Of a stretch of 64,000 bases of DNA, positions 10,393 through 24,685 are shown piece by piece. The stretch covers positions 116,872,001-116,936,000 of the forward strand of contig NW_024704742.1 in assembly GCF_018977255.1 (NCBI RefSeq). Direction: 5' to 3'. The notes beneath the pieces were generated by a model that worked only from the letters and a program-made list of their open reading frames with translations, ran no database searches and was not told the origin of the DNA. Within the stretch, counting starts at the first letter, position 1; every line of letters begins with the position of its first letter. The stretch is from Callorhinchus milii. Its lineage: Eukaryota. The translations under genes and the position numbers were made by a program.

Positions 10393-11089
10393 GTAAGTGA
10401 CCATCATGAGGCAATGGTATCTGTTTCACTGCTCATGCGTGCAGTCAGATGTATCGCTTCTTTTACACCAACCAGGTTTTATACAATAAACTAGCTTCCA
10501 GGCCATCAGGCCTCCACAAACAGACTGCATGATAAGTGCACACAGGCAGTGATGTTCGTGGTAATCTAATAACCTGGAAGTTGCTAATTTTTTGTCTAGA
10601 AGCTAACCAAATGGTCAGCTGGATGAATGGCGTCCACGTGCAATTTGCATTTTGAACAAACCGGTGCTTTTAATGAAGCGCACTATAATAGGGCTATACT
10701 GTATAAAGAAACATTGTTGTAAATGGTGTTTTTGACCATTATAATTTTGTTGATTTCAACTTCAGCAGTTAAACCGAGTCAACTTGAGAGTTCAATAAAG
10801 TAGCATACTTTATTGGGAATGGGAATGGGAATTAGGATTGCAATGAACTCAAAGTATTATGGACTCAAAGACAGAGTCCATCTGATGGGTGTGTATACTC
10901 AGATAGGTAACAAAGTGTCCCAAACACAATGTGTCCCTCCAGGGAGAGAGTACACATTCCATTCAAAGCATGGAAACTTACTTGAATAGGTGGCATGCAT
11001 GGAATTCAGTCTGGTTTGGATAACCTCAAGAATTATGTTGGGTTTTTATATGTGTCAAGACACATAGCTGACCAACAAAAATGGATATC

Positions 11090-11400
11090 TCGCCAAAGAA
11101 GGATACACTGGTCTTGGAGTAAGTTCAGCTAAGCCTATGATTCACCAGGATGATTGCTGGGATGAAATGACTTAACTATAATGAGAGCTTGAGTAAATCT
11201 GGTTTTGAAAGCAGGTGATTAAGGGGTGACCTGATTCATGTATTCAAAATAATGAAGGGTATTGACAAAATAAATAGGGAATTACTCTTCACTTGTTGTG
11301 AGTTCAGAATAAGAGAACATAACCTTAAAATTAGACCTAACCGGTTGAAAGGACAGTCCAGAAAAAAAAGTGTTTTGAGCATATGGGATGGACTTGCTTC
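11090..11400 (+). mobile_element. Old CR1 LINE 3' fragment
   Basis: TTCACCAGGATGATT...AGGGGTGACCTGATTCATGTATTCAAAATAATGAAGGG resembles the CR1 ORF2 end seen at 38.5-38.7 kb. Confidence 0.65.
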
Positions 11401-12060
11401 AGATTTAGGCCATAGATAATATTGTAAACCATTACTTCATTTTTGTTCCACTGTATACCATGTTGTTAACTTTAAACAAGAGAAAATAAATGCAGACAAG
11501 ATTACTGTTTTGTAGGTGTATCTCTTTCTTAAAGTTAAATAAACTACATTTTGGTCATAGTCATGACATTCTCAATGGCACTCAATGACAACAGGGCTAG
11601 AATAGAAACTTTGAATAATGAAAACATTGTAAAATAATTTTGGTGTTCGTTCAGTTGTTAAAAATATGTCAGTAACTCTAATAGACCAATTAGAGTGATG
11701 CCCCAATAGATAACATTTCTGTAATTTGTAAATTAGAGCTGACAATGTTTTCAAAATCCTAAACCTAAAGAATGTAGCTTAACTACTTTATGAGACAGAT
11801 ATGGGCATGAGAGTCAGACTTATGAGTACAGACTAGAAATTTTATAACAAGCACACAAAAATTGTTCAGCAGTGGAGGTATTATTAAAATGAACATCCAG
11901 TTTACATAATTTTGGGTAAAATTGATGTGAATATATTACACATTAGATCTCTGTCATAAAATGTATCACTGATTCCAAAGTCTCTTATTTGCTATTAACT
12001 GGGACCCTAATTATACTTTATTTACTATAAATGGAATCTTGTTGTTGTATTTGTTCCCAG

Positions 12061-12180
12061 GGTTCAAAATTTTATGAAAATGAACTTAAGAAGGAGCAGC
12101 AGGTAAACCATCGAATTGATAAAATGTTACAACAGAAAGCACAAATTACAGAGCAACAGCTGAGGAAAGCACAATATCAG
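12061..12180 (+). CDS. POLK: POLK coding exon 2
   Basis: GSKFYENELKKEQQVNHRIDKMLQQKAQITEQQLRKAQYQ; acceptor TTCCCAG|, donor |GTACGA; 120 nt, phase 0-0. Confidence 0.95.
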
Positions 12181-13514
12181 GTACGAAAATGAGTGAGTGG
12201 GAGAAATAAAATAAGGTTCTTGACTCGGTCATTTAAGATAGCATTTAAAAATCTACGATATGTTGATCTATTCTAAAAGTTGTTTTGTGGTGTTGGTTTC
12301 CACTTTAACTCCATCCTCTATTACTGGAGCTATGCTAAACAATTGGATTAATGCCTACTTGTAGGTGGAAATAACTGTTCGATCTTTAAAATAGAACCAT
12401 TATGTTAGTAATGATCCATAAGAATGTGAGTATAGAGGAGAGCGAAGTACTGCAGCATAGGATATACAATTAATGGGTCAATCAATATTACTCAATCGTT
12501 GATTTAATAGAAAACAAATTTAAAAATAATTTCCTCCTTTCCTAATTCCCCCTCTTGCCCCTTTTTCCCATATGCCAATTGCCTAATGTCTCTATAAAGG
12601 AGTGGTTACTTGGGTGACTTGCTTCGAGGCAATTGCATTAGTGTTGGTGCAAATTGGTGGAATCCCTGACTGTCCAGCACCTTGGGACGTCCTCCTGATG
12701 TGAAAGATGCTATACAAATGTAATTTCTTGTTTGTTGCTGTTGTTGTTTTATAACCAACTGATAGATATCATAGCAGAGCAATTTCGAATTTTAAAGTCT
12801 TAAAGTTTTAACTCAAACTCTTTTAGGTACTAAAGTTCTGTTGCATCTTTTAAAATATAGCATCTGGAAAAGGAATGTTCAAAACATTTCTAATGGTAGA
12901 TACTATAAAGAAAAATGGGAGGAAAGTCTGCTTATGGGGAAAAAATAGGAAAAAAGGTTGTGCAAGAGGATTCATTCAGTTTTGAACAAAAAAACTTCCA
13001 CTGTTTCATTGCTTGGACAATCTTTTGACTGAACTCTTGATAACTTGTCACTGCATGGAAAAAGGGGACAGTGACAAGTTATCCAGATTGGCAAGTTAGG
13101 CATATATCTAAATACATCAATAAATGCAACTAGGATATTGACAGCATGATGACTTAAGTGAGGGTGGTCCAACTGGTGGTCCGCAGGCCGATTTCATCTG
13201 GTCCCTCCCTGCTCCATTTTGCCTAGCTCACCCGCTCCCTCCATAACCCGTAAATGTTCTGTTATGTCTCTAGAATGGAAACAAAAAAATCTTGCATATG
13301 CAACCCGTGGAACTTTCTGATTTAAGTGAGAGTGGCAAGTTAAGCCAGGGTTGAGTTATATAATGATACTAGCTGTACCTGTTGCAGCTTTGCTTGCAAC
13401 CAAAGAATCCAATATAAAATGTAGATTGACACACGGACAGACATGTTGTCTTTATCTATACTTAACTGGGAGGACTCCTGTGGGAGGACTCAGTGGGAAG
13501 ACTCCTTTAATCTA

Positions 13515-13745
13515 TTTTCTCTCACAGTCTCTCAGTCTCTCTATCTCTCTCTCTCAGTCTGTATCTCTCACAATGTCTCTGTCTCTCTCTCAGTCTGTCT
13601 CTCTCTTAGTCTTTCTCTGTCTCTCCCACAAAACACACAGTCACTACACTTTTAATATATTCTCTCTCACAGTCTATCTCTTTCTTTCTCTCTGCCTCTC
13701 CCTCAGTCTCTTTCAGTCTCTCTCACTATCTCAGTCTGTCTCTCG
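13515..13745 (+). repeat. (TC)n-rich low-complexity tract
   Basis: TCTC/CAGTC repeats. Confidence 0.85.
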
Positions 13746-14562
13746 ACGTAGGATTATTCTAGCTCCCATGACTACCATGTTTTCCTCTTCACTAGATTGC
13801 CTTACATTTTTTTGTAAGTCTTTGTATACAGACTAACAAACTTTTCTGGGAATAAAACGACTAATAAGATCTAATAGACTGGTGAAAAAAGTTTGGTAGA
13901 CTGAATGGCCACCTCGTTTTTCTAAAATCTCAATTAAAGCAGTCCAAGGGTTGTTAGACTACTAATCTTTTAACTGAAGCTTTTAAAGATCCTGTTAAAA
14001 GGGAAGGCTCTTTGGGGAGCAAGTTAAGAAGCAGGAAGTATATAAGGAACTGTACTTTTAAAGTATTCCATGATTTTCCCCAGTGAGTGGTTGCCTCGTC
14101 ACACCACCTTTGGAGCTATGTCTTTGATAGCTTTGAAGATTTTTTTAAAAATTGAAGCACACATAGAGGAGCTGTTAAGCTTTTGTACATATTTTGATCT
14201 ATTTTCTGTAATAGAATAGTACAATGGTGGGCTGATTAAATGCATTGTGGATGTATTTGCTGTCAAGCCCTACCTCAGAACTTTGAATTTATGTAGTTTA
14301 AGATGACACTCCAGTGCAATGCTGGGGGTTTGCTGTATTCTTGGAGGTGTTGTCCTTTGGATGAGACGTTGAACTGAGGGTTGAACTGAGAGTTTATCTG
14401 CCTGTTCAAATGAACATTCCATTGGCATGTTTCTCTCAGTGACCTGGTCAACAATCTCTCGAATAAAATTGGAAAATTGGGTATTAGCTTCATAGCTGTT
14501 TGTGTGACAACAACAACACCTAGATTACATTTGTATAGTGCCTTTCACCTCGGGAGGACGTC

Positions 14563-14607
14563 CCACACACACACACACACACACACAGACACACACACAC
14601 ACACACA
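14563..14607 (+). repeat. (CA)n microsatellite
   Basis: About 22 CA units with one interruption. Confidence 0.9.
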
Positions 14608-14893
14608 AAATCAGGTCATATTTTCAAAGAACTGACTCAACAACAACAACAACAACTTGCACTTATATAGCGCCCTCCAGGCAGAATAGAGTCTCAGAGC
14701 GCGTAACAGTGGTGGAGCCTGACTCTGAGCCGGGGGAGGGAGGTGCTGTAATCCCATGTCGAAGAGGAAGGTCTTCAGGCGGGACTTGAAAAAGGGGAGC
14801 GAGGGGGCAAGGTGAAGGGATTGAGGCCAAGTGTTTCAGAGTTTCGGGGTGTAGTAACTCATGCTGGAATATAGGCAATCAACTTTAACTCAT

Positions 14894-15216
14894 GTGGAGT
14901 CCTGTAGCTCAGTGGTTAGAGCACTCGCTATGCAAGTGAGAAACCTGAGTTCAGTTCCAGACAGGGCGAAACTTTGGCCAAGTTTCCTTACTCCACACGC
15001 CTAATAATAATCCCTCCAAAACAAAACAATAATTAAATTGGTCATTTTCAATCTACGACTGTTTGTGGGACATTGCTGTGCGCAATTGGCTGCCGCGTTC
15101 GCCCACAAATATACAGTCAATTCACTTTACAGTGTGTTCTGTGAAGCTCTTTGGGACGTCCTCCCGACGTGAAAAGCGCTATATCAAATGCAAGGATTAT
15201 TATTATTATTATTATT
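14894..15216 (+). mobile_element. Full-length tRNA-derived SINE
   Basis: Same family as 3276-3607, CTCCC-loop tail. Confidence 0.9.
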
Positions 15217-17818
15217 CAGCTATAGGGATAATATCCTATAATTCTGAAAGAAAAAATGGCTTTCCATCCCAATTCTAAAGTTCAATGAATGAAACGTATC
15301 AAATCATTTACATTACTTAATTCACAATAATTGCAAATTAAACTTTAAAAATCTAAATTTGCCATCCAAATAGTATTTCAAAAGTAAAAATCCATATTTA
15401 AAAGGTTAATTAAAATGGGAACAAAATATTTGCTCAGAGGATTATTTATCGTGATTCTTTAGCTCTGTGAATAATTTGTTTTATCTAATGTACTGTGTTC
15501 AGTAATCTGTTGTCTGATATGAATGAGTGTGCTTTTGATCTAGGTTTATTCATGGCTGTGTGCATTTACCTACTGCTGACTGAAAACAATTACAAATCCA
15601 GTTTATCTAGTACTAAGACCAATATTTACAAATCAGCAGCGGAGTATAAAGTTTGGAATCTAAAATCAACTGGTTTAGCAACATAGTTACAAGTTTGCCT
15701 TGTATATTACTGATTCCCACTACTTTGACATAGTGAATGATGAGTCAATTAACTCCTCTAGATTGCTTTCAGTTCCCCCCTTGCAAGTTTTATCCATCCA
15801 TTTCGTAATCTTGCATCCATGTAGTGCCTTATATAGTATCTTGGACATTGTAAGTAATGTAATCTATTAAATCTCATTTGTCAGTTTCAGGCCATATGCA
15901 TACAAAATGGAGCACAGTTACCTGATATTTATGTAAATATTCTGGCCTTTGCTCCTTATTTGGCATTTAATTTGACCACATGTACCCTCTGGAAATACAA
16001 AAAACAATATAAAAGCTTGAAATGGGGCACTGTCTCCAGTTTGAAGCTCCAATTAGAGCCTTTGGAACTAGAATATCCCAGTGGGAGAAGTGAATGTTCA
16101 AACCAGGAAATTCCTAAACCTTGCATTGAGTTTTGCTGGAACAGTGTAGTGGGCCAAAGTTGAAAGAGTGAGACACAGTGAGGTCAGGAGCATGCTTGTG
16201 CACAGAATGGAGATGCTTTGTAAAGTGATTATCTAGTCTTACAATTCAGTCCTTTATTGGCTTTTTAAAAAAAAAACATTTTTTAAAATGTTCTAATAGT
16301 AGTAATGTACATCATGTGAACAGTAACCTTTGAATTTGTTAGCAATTTATTTTGCATTCTTTTCTGCAGTGTTTTACAGGAATTTAATTTTTCATTCATT
16401 AATAATGTGTCCAGATATAGAAAACAATCAATTTTATGGAGAGTTCTCTTTGATAAATAGGTTATTTTTTTTATTTTCTTTGATTAGTCATCCCCTCATG
16501 TTGTGATCAGATCATAGGTTCATGGGAGGAATTATTCATGTTCCAGTGATCACAAGACTGGAAGCATCCAAAGGGCAGAGTGTTACAAAATCATTCACAT
16601 GACAATAGTTAGTCATTTTATTCTTATTGCAGTGAAGATAACATTTGAACTTTTGTACAGTGCTAATTAAGTGCATGATTCAAAATACTTGCCAGAAGAT
16701 CAGTATAAGAAAGGCATTGATGTAAAATGCAACTGCAATACAACAATTGTTTCACACAAAAGTAAGTTTAATACTTTTAAACTGGATTAGATTGATTGAA
16801 AATGTAACGTCACTGTATATTCCAACTACATAGAATATTCCTTTGTGGATTCCTCTTAGTATGTGCCAATTCAACCATTTCTCCTGTTTCAATTAAATAT
16901 TGAAGAGTTTAATGCAGATTATTCTTTTCAAAGCAAAGCACTAGAAAAGCAAGTTAGTGGCACAAATACTAATGGAAACCACAAATCCATTTATATAGCA
17001 TCTTGGTAACTGGTCCTCGAACACTTGATAGAGATGGTGGGCGGGGTAAGTAGAAGAGTGAGGCTGAAGTAGATCACAGAGTTATAGGTTGGTGTGAGGG
17101 AGTGAAGTGGTTTGTAGGTGAATGTGAAGATCTGTTGAGAGACTTGGAGCGTAGCAAGAATAGGTATGATTTTGTCTGGATAAGAATGTGGATAATGGGA
17201 GCTTTTGCTAAACTAGAATTTGCATTGATGTCATGTGAGAACAGGAATGGCTATATGGATACCAATCAGTTTACTTATATTAAACTATATCTGCACTTAA
17301 ACAACAAAATTACATTTGTATAGGACCTCTCACATCGGGAGGATGTCCCAAGGCACTATAATAGCGCATTTTGTACTTTACAAAAACAAAGTGGGAGGCT
17401 GAGCAGGGTAGAAGATGGGGGTGAGAGAATAGCAGGAAGGTGACCAAAAGTGTATTAAATTGTATATATGAAGGATTTTGAAAGCAGAAAGTGAGTGTGA
17501 AAGATGGAGGACTTTGGTGGAGAGTTTTGAAAATGGGGACAAAATGGCTGAAAGCTCTCCCAACAATTGTGGTGGAGAATGTGCAGATGAATGAGGGGAG
17601 TGTTATTGCAAGAGATCACAAAAGCATGGCTGAAGCTCACATACAAAAAATTGCCACTAGGGAAGGTATTGGAAGGCTATCGTGTCTACCAGTAACTGAA
17701 AAGATGCCGGTGCCTTTAAGAAGGGGAAAAAATGGTTCAAAAAAGAAAAAAATAGTTTTCTTCTTCCCCAAAAAAACTTTATAAATTTATGTATGAAGTC
17801 TTCTTTCTTATCCCCGAG

Positions 17819-17971
17819 GTGGAGCAACTTGCAGCAGACCTGGAGAAGAGACGTGACATGAGTCGCACAATTGTACACATCGATATGGATGCTTTTTATG
17901 CTGCTGTGGAAATCAGGGATAACCCTGAGCTAAAAGACAAGCCAATAGGTGTTGGATCAACGAGCATGCTG
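17819..17971 (+). CDS. POLK: POLK coding exon 3 (catalytic DMDAFY motif)
   Basis: [52 protein letters not shown]-family motif I with steric-gate Tyr; acceptor CCCCGAG|, donor |GTATTT; 153 nt. Confidence 0.95.
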
Positions 17972-19117
17972 GTATTTTCTTTTAAGACTACTTCTACGAA
18001 TTTGATACAGCTTCAGGGTTTATACTTCCAGAATATAACAGTTTTGTGTTTTTCTTGAGTCTAATGTGTTCATAAAATTCTTTCCTATTCAGAGTAAACA
18101 GAAAGAAAATATGATAGAATTAATTTAGTGACATCCTGAATAATTTAGCAAAGGAAATTCCATTACATGGTTATATTAACATTGAGCCTTTGTTTATCGA
18201 ATGAATAAGACTAGTAATGATATAATTGTGATGCTAAAATTAGCTAAATTTAAAGTGCAAAATAAACTTGAGACGGAACTGGTGATAGGTGACCATCCTA
18301 GATGATAGATGTTGATAGATCACAAAACATGTTAAGATGTTTTCTTTCATGTAAATAAATTTGCTTTATTGCATTTTAAAATGCAAAAGTAGCAAGGAGT
18401 AACAGCAGTTTTCAGGAGGATATTGATTGAGCTGTGACTGTTAGTTGTCAAATTGCCATCTTAATATCTGCAAGATTTGTTGTTGAATTTGCAGTACTTT
18501 TTCTTAAGGATTCTTCCAAAGTATAACAATTGATAGTATGAGAATTATGCTAAACACCTCATTGTGTTGCCTCCATAGAGTGGAGGCAGCACAATGGGTT
18601 GGCTTTATTTCTGTTTACAATTTCCCTTTAGTTGGTGAATTGCCTTGGGACGTCCTCCCGACGTGAAAGGCGCTATACAAATGTAATTTGTTTTGTTGTT
18701 GAAACCCAAGTCAGCAAGCTCTTTAAAAAGGCAAGCGCCTATTTTTTCAGACTCGGTCAATGTAGGATTTAGTATTTTGTAAATCTTGCAATTTGATATT
18801 TGCACAATGGAAGTTGCAATTAACACAACAAATCTATTTTTGAATATTTAAGTTTAAATAACTTTGTTTATTTTCTCCCCATCCTGTTATAGTGACTTCT
18901 TTCCCTGCACCAGATGTAATTTCCAATATTCTTTGTCATTCTCCTTTATGAAAACGGAAACAAAATATTAATGGTTCTATCTTTGCTGTAACTATTTAAT
19001 TATTAAGCTGCATGTAGAACACACTGACTCTTTTGTTTGTTGATATTCCAATCTATAATTCTTCCTTGTATTCCTAATTATTCTTTTACTCTAATTCATA
19101 AGCTTTCTGTATTTATT

Positions 19118-19522
19118 TAAGGCCATCCATGGGCCTTGCCCCCTCCTACCTCTCTGACCTGCTGACTCCCTACCAACCTGCATGCTCCCTCCGTTCATCG
19201 GGCTCCGGCCTGCTCCATGTCTTCCGCCCGACCCACCCGACCATCGGTGGCCGAGCTTTCAGCCTCTCTGCCCATACACTTTGGAACTCCATTGCCCGGT
19301 CTCTTTGCCTCGCTTCCTCCCTTGCCTCCTTCAAGGCTGGTCTCAACACCCTTTTCTTCGACCGTGCCTTTGGTCTCCCTCCCACCTCTCTGCCTTCCCT
19401 CACCCCTACACCACCCCTCCCCCATGCTCAGGCTCTGACACTTGACTGTTCAGCGCTTTTGGACGTCCTCCTAATGTGAAAGGCACTCTATAAATGTAAT
19501 TTTGTTGTTTTTTTGTTGTTAT
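19118..19522 (+). mobile_element. L2 LINE 3' fragment
   Basis: GLAPSYLSDLLTPYQP...IGGRAFSLSAHTLWNS...SFKAGL, then the tail stem-loop and GTT repeats. Confidence 0.88.
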
Positions 19523-20074
19523 TTCTGATTTTTTTTCATGCGTTTTGTCATTTTTCTTCCTCATTCCATTGTTCTTGGATTTTATCAAAACAAGTACTGT
19601 ATTGTATTTAGTCTTTGTCTTACCTATCACCTACTATATTATCACCTTAAACCTATACTGATATGATCACTGCCCTCCATGTTCATCAACCTTTAAATCC
19701 TGTTCTGGCTCATTTCCCAAATATAGGTAGGCTGTGGAGGCAGAATATATCAAAAATTAAAGAAAATTAGATATTGAGTTAGTAAGGAAATTCATTTGAG
19801 GATTTTGAGCAAGATATTAATAGAATTGAAAAAAAAAATTAGGTTTGGACAGTTGGTTCTTTCTAGTCCAGTCTTTTCAGTAGTATAGTGTTTATTAAAT
19901 TATGTTATACACTTCAACAATTCTCTGAATTATATTTAATTCAATGATTTGGTGACACTGAATGAGATTTTTTTGATACAGATTTAAATGTTATAGTTGT
20001 CTATTTAACTACTATCATAGGTTGTGTATTACTTTTGAACATGGCTCCTGATGTAGCAATGTTTATTCCTGTAG

Positions 20075-20206
20075 TCAACATCAAATTATCATGCACGGAA
20101 ATATGGAGTACGTGCAGCCATGCCTGGATTCATTGCTAAAAAACTGTGTCCAAACCTGATCATTGTTCCAGTAAACTTTGACAAGTATAAAGCAGTGAGC
20201 AAAGTG
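20075..20206 (+). CDS. POLK: POLK coding exon 4 (fingers)
   Basis: [44 protein letters not shown]; acceptor TGTAG|, donor |GTAAGT; 132 nt. Confidence 0.95.
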
Positions 20207-21349
20207 GTAAGTCATCAACAATTTAAGTATTTATATTAAAGATTTTTTGTGGGCAAGACCTATTTTGCTCCCCTTCCTCTTCGTATGCTACATATAGGAA
20301 GTGAGTGTCAGCAGAGAGTGAAGTGGCCAGCTTGCTACTGAGCCTCTGCCAATGTTAATTGGGAAACTTAACATAAAATGCAGAAGAATAAACAGGAGTG
20401 ACTCTTCCTTTGCTATTTGTTTGTAATGTATCATTTCCCACATAGAAGGATTTGCAGTTGACCTATTATTTGATATTTGAATTTGGTACTTTTGAAAAGA
20501 ACCAAGAATGAATCTTCCTTTAACAAATATGAGAATACTAAAAGAAGAGGTGATGTGACACAAATACATAGTGAACCAAGTGATAGTGCAAATTGCATTT
20601 AGTGAACAAAATTACAGAGTGGAAGTTTGAACTTTGCGAACAAAGTGACAAGAGTTTTGCTGTAATAACAGTACTTCTGCAAACAAATGAAATCGTTGAT
20701 AAAATGCAAAAATAAATCTGTTTTTAATAATGAGCTGAAATTGCAAGGAACACAGTAACAGGACACTAGATGATTCAGAGACCCCTTTTCTCAGAAGAGT
20801 GGAGGGTATAACTAGCAAGTACGTGAAATATGCACAACAATCCCTCCAAAACAAAACAATAATAAATTGGTCATTTTCAATCCATGACTGTTTGTGGGAC
20901 ACTGTTGTGTGCAATTGGCTGCCGCGTTTCTCCCACAAATATAGTCAATTCACTTTACAGCATATTTGAGACGACCAGAAGACGTGAAAAGCGCTATATC
21001 AAATGCAAGGATTATTATTATTTCATCTAAAAATAGAATTACTAAATCCGTCCAATAAGACTTGAAGCTTGTTTACAGTATGTGTCCTTTTCACAACCAC
21101 TTTAGTCTAAGTGTGAAAAGTGCAATCTTGAGAAGCAGTTGCATGTGCTAGTTTATATGTGATATCTGTTTGTGCTTTTGTTATTATATAGCAATAAGTT
21201 AAGAAAAAATATGAGAACCAGTTCCACTGCACTTTTTGATCTGCAGAACTTTCAAACATAAATATTGCATTTTAATCTTATACATTTTTTTGCTAATGTA
21301 TAGCACAGAATGTGAAATGTGATTTGTGAATTTGATTAGCACATTTTCT

Positions 21350-21960
21350 TGCTCAGCTGGTTGTCTGACACAAGCGGAAATCTGGCACCATGTTTAAGAG
21401 TATCCAAATCAAACTGAAAGTTCTATGCATCCCATCTTTACTTACAAATCCCTAAGATATTTATTGGAATGGAATGCACACTTTCTCCCTGGAGGGATGC
21501 ATCCTGCTTACCTAATTCTGGAGAGTATTAGGAGCAGGTTGGCCGAGGCTTGGGGACACCAAGAATGTGCTGCTGGAATCTACCCAGCTAAATTGCATAG
21601 ATAGCATTGTCTAGTAAGCTTTTCCATTGCTTGTTGAGCTAGGATCTGTTAGGGCGTTGGCTTGTAGGGGTAACAGGAGCTTAGTGGGAAGAGTGTCTGC
21701 CCTTCCAAATTCTGCTGATGAGCCAGGTGTCATCAGTAGTGCTCTGGAGTATTGTGGACCCGCCTGCCTCAGAAACTGGCCTACAGAGACCACCACATAG
21801 GGCTGGCTCACTTTGACATTCCGTTGCCAAACATGTCACCTTGGAACCAGTTCAGCTCCAAGGAGATCATGATCACCTCCCCCTACCCCCTAGAAGATAG
21901 TCACTAGATAGTCATTGTGAGCTTCCTGGTGGGCAACACAGCTCAGCATGAAATGGTATG
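21350..21960. mobile_element. Unclassified interspersed repeat (about 0.6-0.8 kb family)
   Basis: Aligns by eye with 62335-63160 and 43630-43860, and in reverse with 7895-8050, 10900-11075, 30720-31020 and 53770-53800. Confidence 0.7.
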
Positions 21961-22979
21961 GTGAGAACATTGCTACTTTCTTCCTTCCCACAGCTTAGTG
22001 ACAAATCCCGTTTGCATATCTAATGTTGAAACTTTGTGTGGCTGTGCGAATCACATTGCTTCTTGTTAATATTGCAAATGCTAATCATATTGTTAATGCT
22101 GTTGTGATGGCATTCGATTAGCAAGCAATTTGGTCAGAAGGTAGCAATTCTGGCTTTTTGCTTATGGAGTGTGGTTCATTTCTGGCTGCCACTGCTCTCT
22201 CTGAACATGATTGCTTACAGTGCCAGTTACTGGTAGTTTTAGGGAGCTTTTGTGGTGTTACCGTCCTCTCCCGCTCCACTGGCTCCCGATCCCTTAGCAT
22301 AGGGTGGTCCAACCATTTGGCTGCTGAGGGCTGGCTGCTGGATTGAGAAACATAACCTGTAAGAATCATACAGAAATCCTATGTTTTAAATTGTGTGACT
22401 GTATTACTTAATTTCATTATTTCAGTTACAAAAAGCAATGTAAAAATTCATACAATTTTTTAGAACAATAATATACAATATAAAGCACATGTATACAAAA
22501 ATATTCATTGAATCCTTCGGGCACGATGTAACACTTCTCCTTTCAGGAATTTCTGACTTATTTCTTTGCAAAATACGTTACAAAATGAAGCACCTCAGCA
22601 ATGGTTATAAATTTTTCTTGGGGAGGGCAGAGTAAAACTTAATAGCTAGGGACTTTAACGTGTAGATTGAATAGGTGCAAATGGTGTCAATTCAAGCTGC
22701 ACATTAGACCACGGGTCCTTAATGTGAAGCTTGAGTAGGTGCAATGTTAGACATAAGAACCACAATTCCTGCTTTCATTCAAATAATGGTTCAGCCCTGT
22801 CATGTGCGTATACTTTCACCGGACCTGAAAAAGTACTAGATTGATCTCTACTCTCCATAGACTGTGGAGTTTTCCCCATATGTGGACCTAAGAACCTATA
22901 GTGTATGGGAGAAACCATTAGAATTGATAGGTATGCAGAATGTTCGGCGGACCGGATGAAATCCCCCAGATTTAGCCCG

Positions 22980-23585
22980 TGGCATTTGCCACCTCAAGGC
23001 TTGATTATGGGAACTCCCTCATCGGCCTTCTGAACTCTTCCCTTCACAAGCTGCAGATCATCCAAAACTCTGCAGCTTGTGTACTCTCACGCACCAGGCT
23101 CCGTGACCCCATCACTCCCACCCTCACCCGACTTACTGGCTCCCCATCCCCCAAAGGATCGAGTTCAAGATCCTCGTCGTCACCTTTAAGGCCATCCATG
23201 GCCTTGCCCACTCCTACCTCTCTGACCTGCTGACTCCCTAACCAACCTGCCCGCTCCCTCCGCTCAGCAGGCTCTGGCCTGCTCCATGTTTCTTGTCTGA
23301 CCTGCCCGACCATCGGTGGCCTGTCTTTCAGCCTTTCTGCCCCCACACTCTGGAACTCTATCCCACGGTCCCTTAGCCTCTCTTCCTCCCTTGCATCCTT
23401 CAAGGCCGGGATCAAGACCCTTCTCTTTGACTATGCCTTTGGTCTCCCTCCCACCTCTCTGCCTTCCCTCACCCCTACATCACCCCTCCCCCATACTTGG
23501 GCCCCAACATCCGACTGTTCAGCGCTTTGGGATGCCCTCCCGATGTGAAAGGTGCTCTATAAATGTAATTTTGTTGTTTTGTTGT
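22980..23585 (+). mobile_element. L2 LINE 3' fragment
   Basis: [48 protein letters not shown]; same family as 2158-3190. Confidence 0.9.
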
Positions 23586-24382
23586 GACAACCCTGCCCCA
23601 ATTCAAGATCCGCCAATTCATATCACCCATGACCTCACCTGATCCCTACTTCTGGGACCCCCAACAATCCTACCAACAACAACAACAACAACAACAACAA
23701 GATTCCATTTAAAGAGCGCCTTTCACGTCGGGAGGACGTCCACTCTGGCTGCTCCCTTTGCTCAGCAAACGCTGACCTGCTTCATGTTCCCTGCCCAATC
23801 TACCCCACCATTAGTGTGAGAGTTTTTGATCATTTTAACTTTCTTCCTTGGAAATCCAACCCTGAGATTCTCCGACTCACCTCCTCCCTTCTCAATTTTA
23901 AAGCCCACTTTAAGATTTATCTCTTTGACTAGCAATCGCCCATCTTCTACCCCACCCCCCCCATCCCTCCATTTTCTCTTTTCCCCTGGATCAGGTGCCC
24001 AGCCAGCAACGTAAAGCACTTTGATTCGACGTGCAGCTGAAAGCCAAAATGGAACCTACATTTTTAAAGTATATAGGGTGCTGGAGTAAGAGGAATATTA
24101 CCCCACTATCAGTACCTCCATTTCTTATCATTGGACAAGGGCTTTAAAAATATTTAATTTTTCTTATTTATTTCATATTGTTTTAATGTGGTATACGTAG
24201 TCTCAGGGGCAGGCAACAGAAAGTGCAGACCTTAATCCATGTTGGCTCTTCCAAATGTCCTGATGCATGCAAACTACTTTCATAGCCTGAAATGTTGTGA
24301 ATGCTGCCTTAATATTGACTTCCATTTCATGTGTCTGATGAGCTCTTCATTACTGTAAAGTACAACAGCTTTGGACTTTAGG

Positions 24383-24685
24383 TAATAATAATAATAATCC
24401 TTGCATTTGATATAGCGCTTTTCACATTTTCAAGATGTCTCAAAGCGCTTCACAGAATAGACTGTAAAGTGAATTGACTGTATATTTGTAGGAGAAATGC
24501 GGCAGCCAATTGGGCACAGCAGTGTCCCACGAACAGGCATGGATTTTTATCATTTTTTTGGGGAGAGATTATTATCAGGTGTGTGGAGTAAGGAAACTTG
24601 CCCCAGGTTTCACCCTGCCGGGAATCAAACCCAGGTCTCTCGCTTGCAAAGCGAGTGCTCTAACCACTGAAACACAGAACTCCAC
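24383..24685 (-). mobile_element. tRNA-derived SINE
   Basis: Same head and body as the family, with the alternative tail loop. Confidence 0.85.

Noticed and set aside
15737..15930. ATGATGA as a possible C/D snoRNA C box
   Set aside because: No suitably spaced D box or terminal stem.
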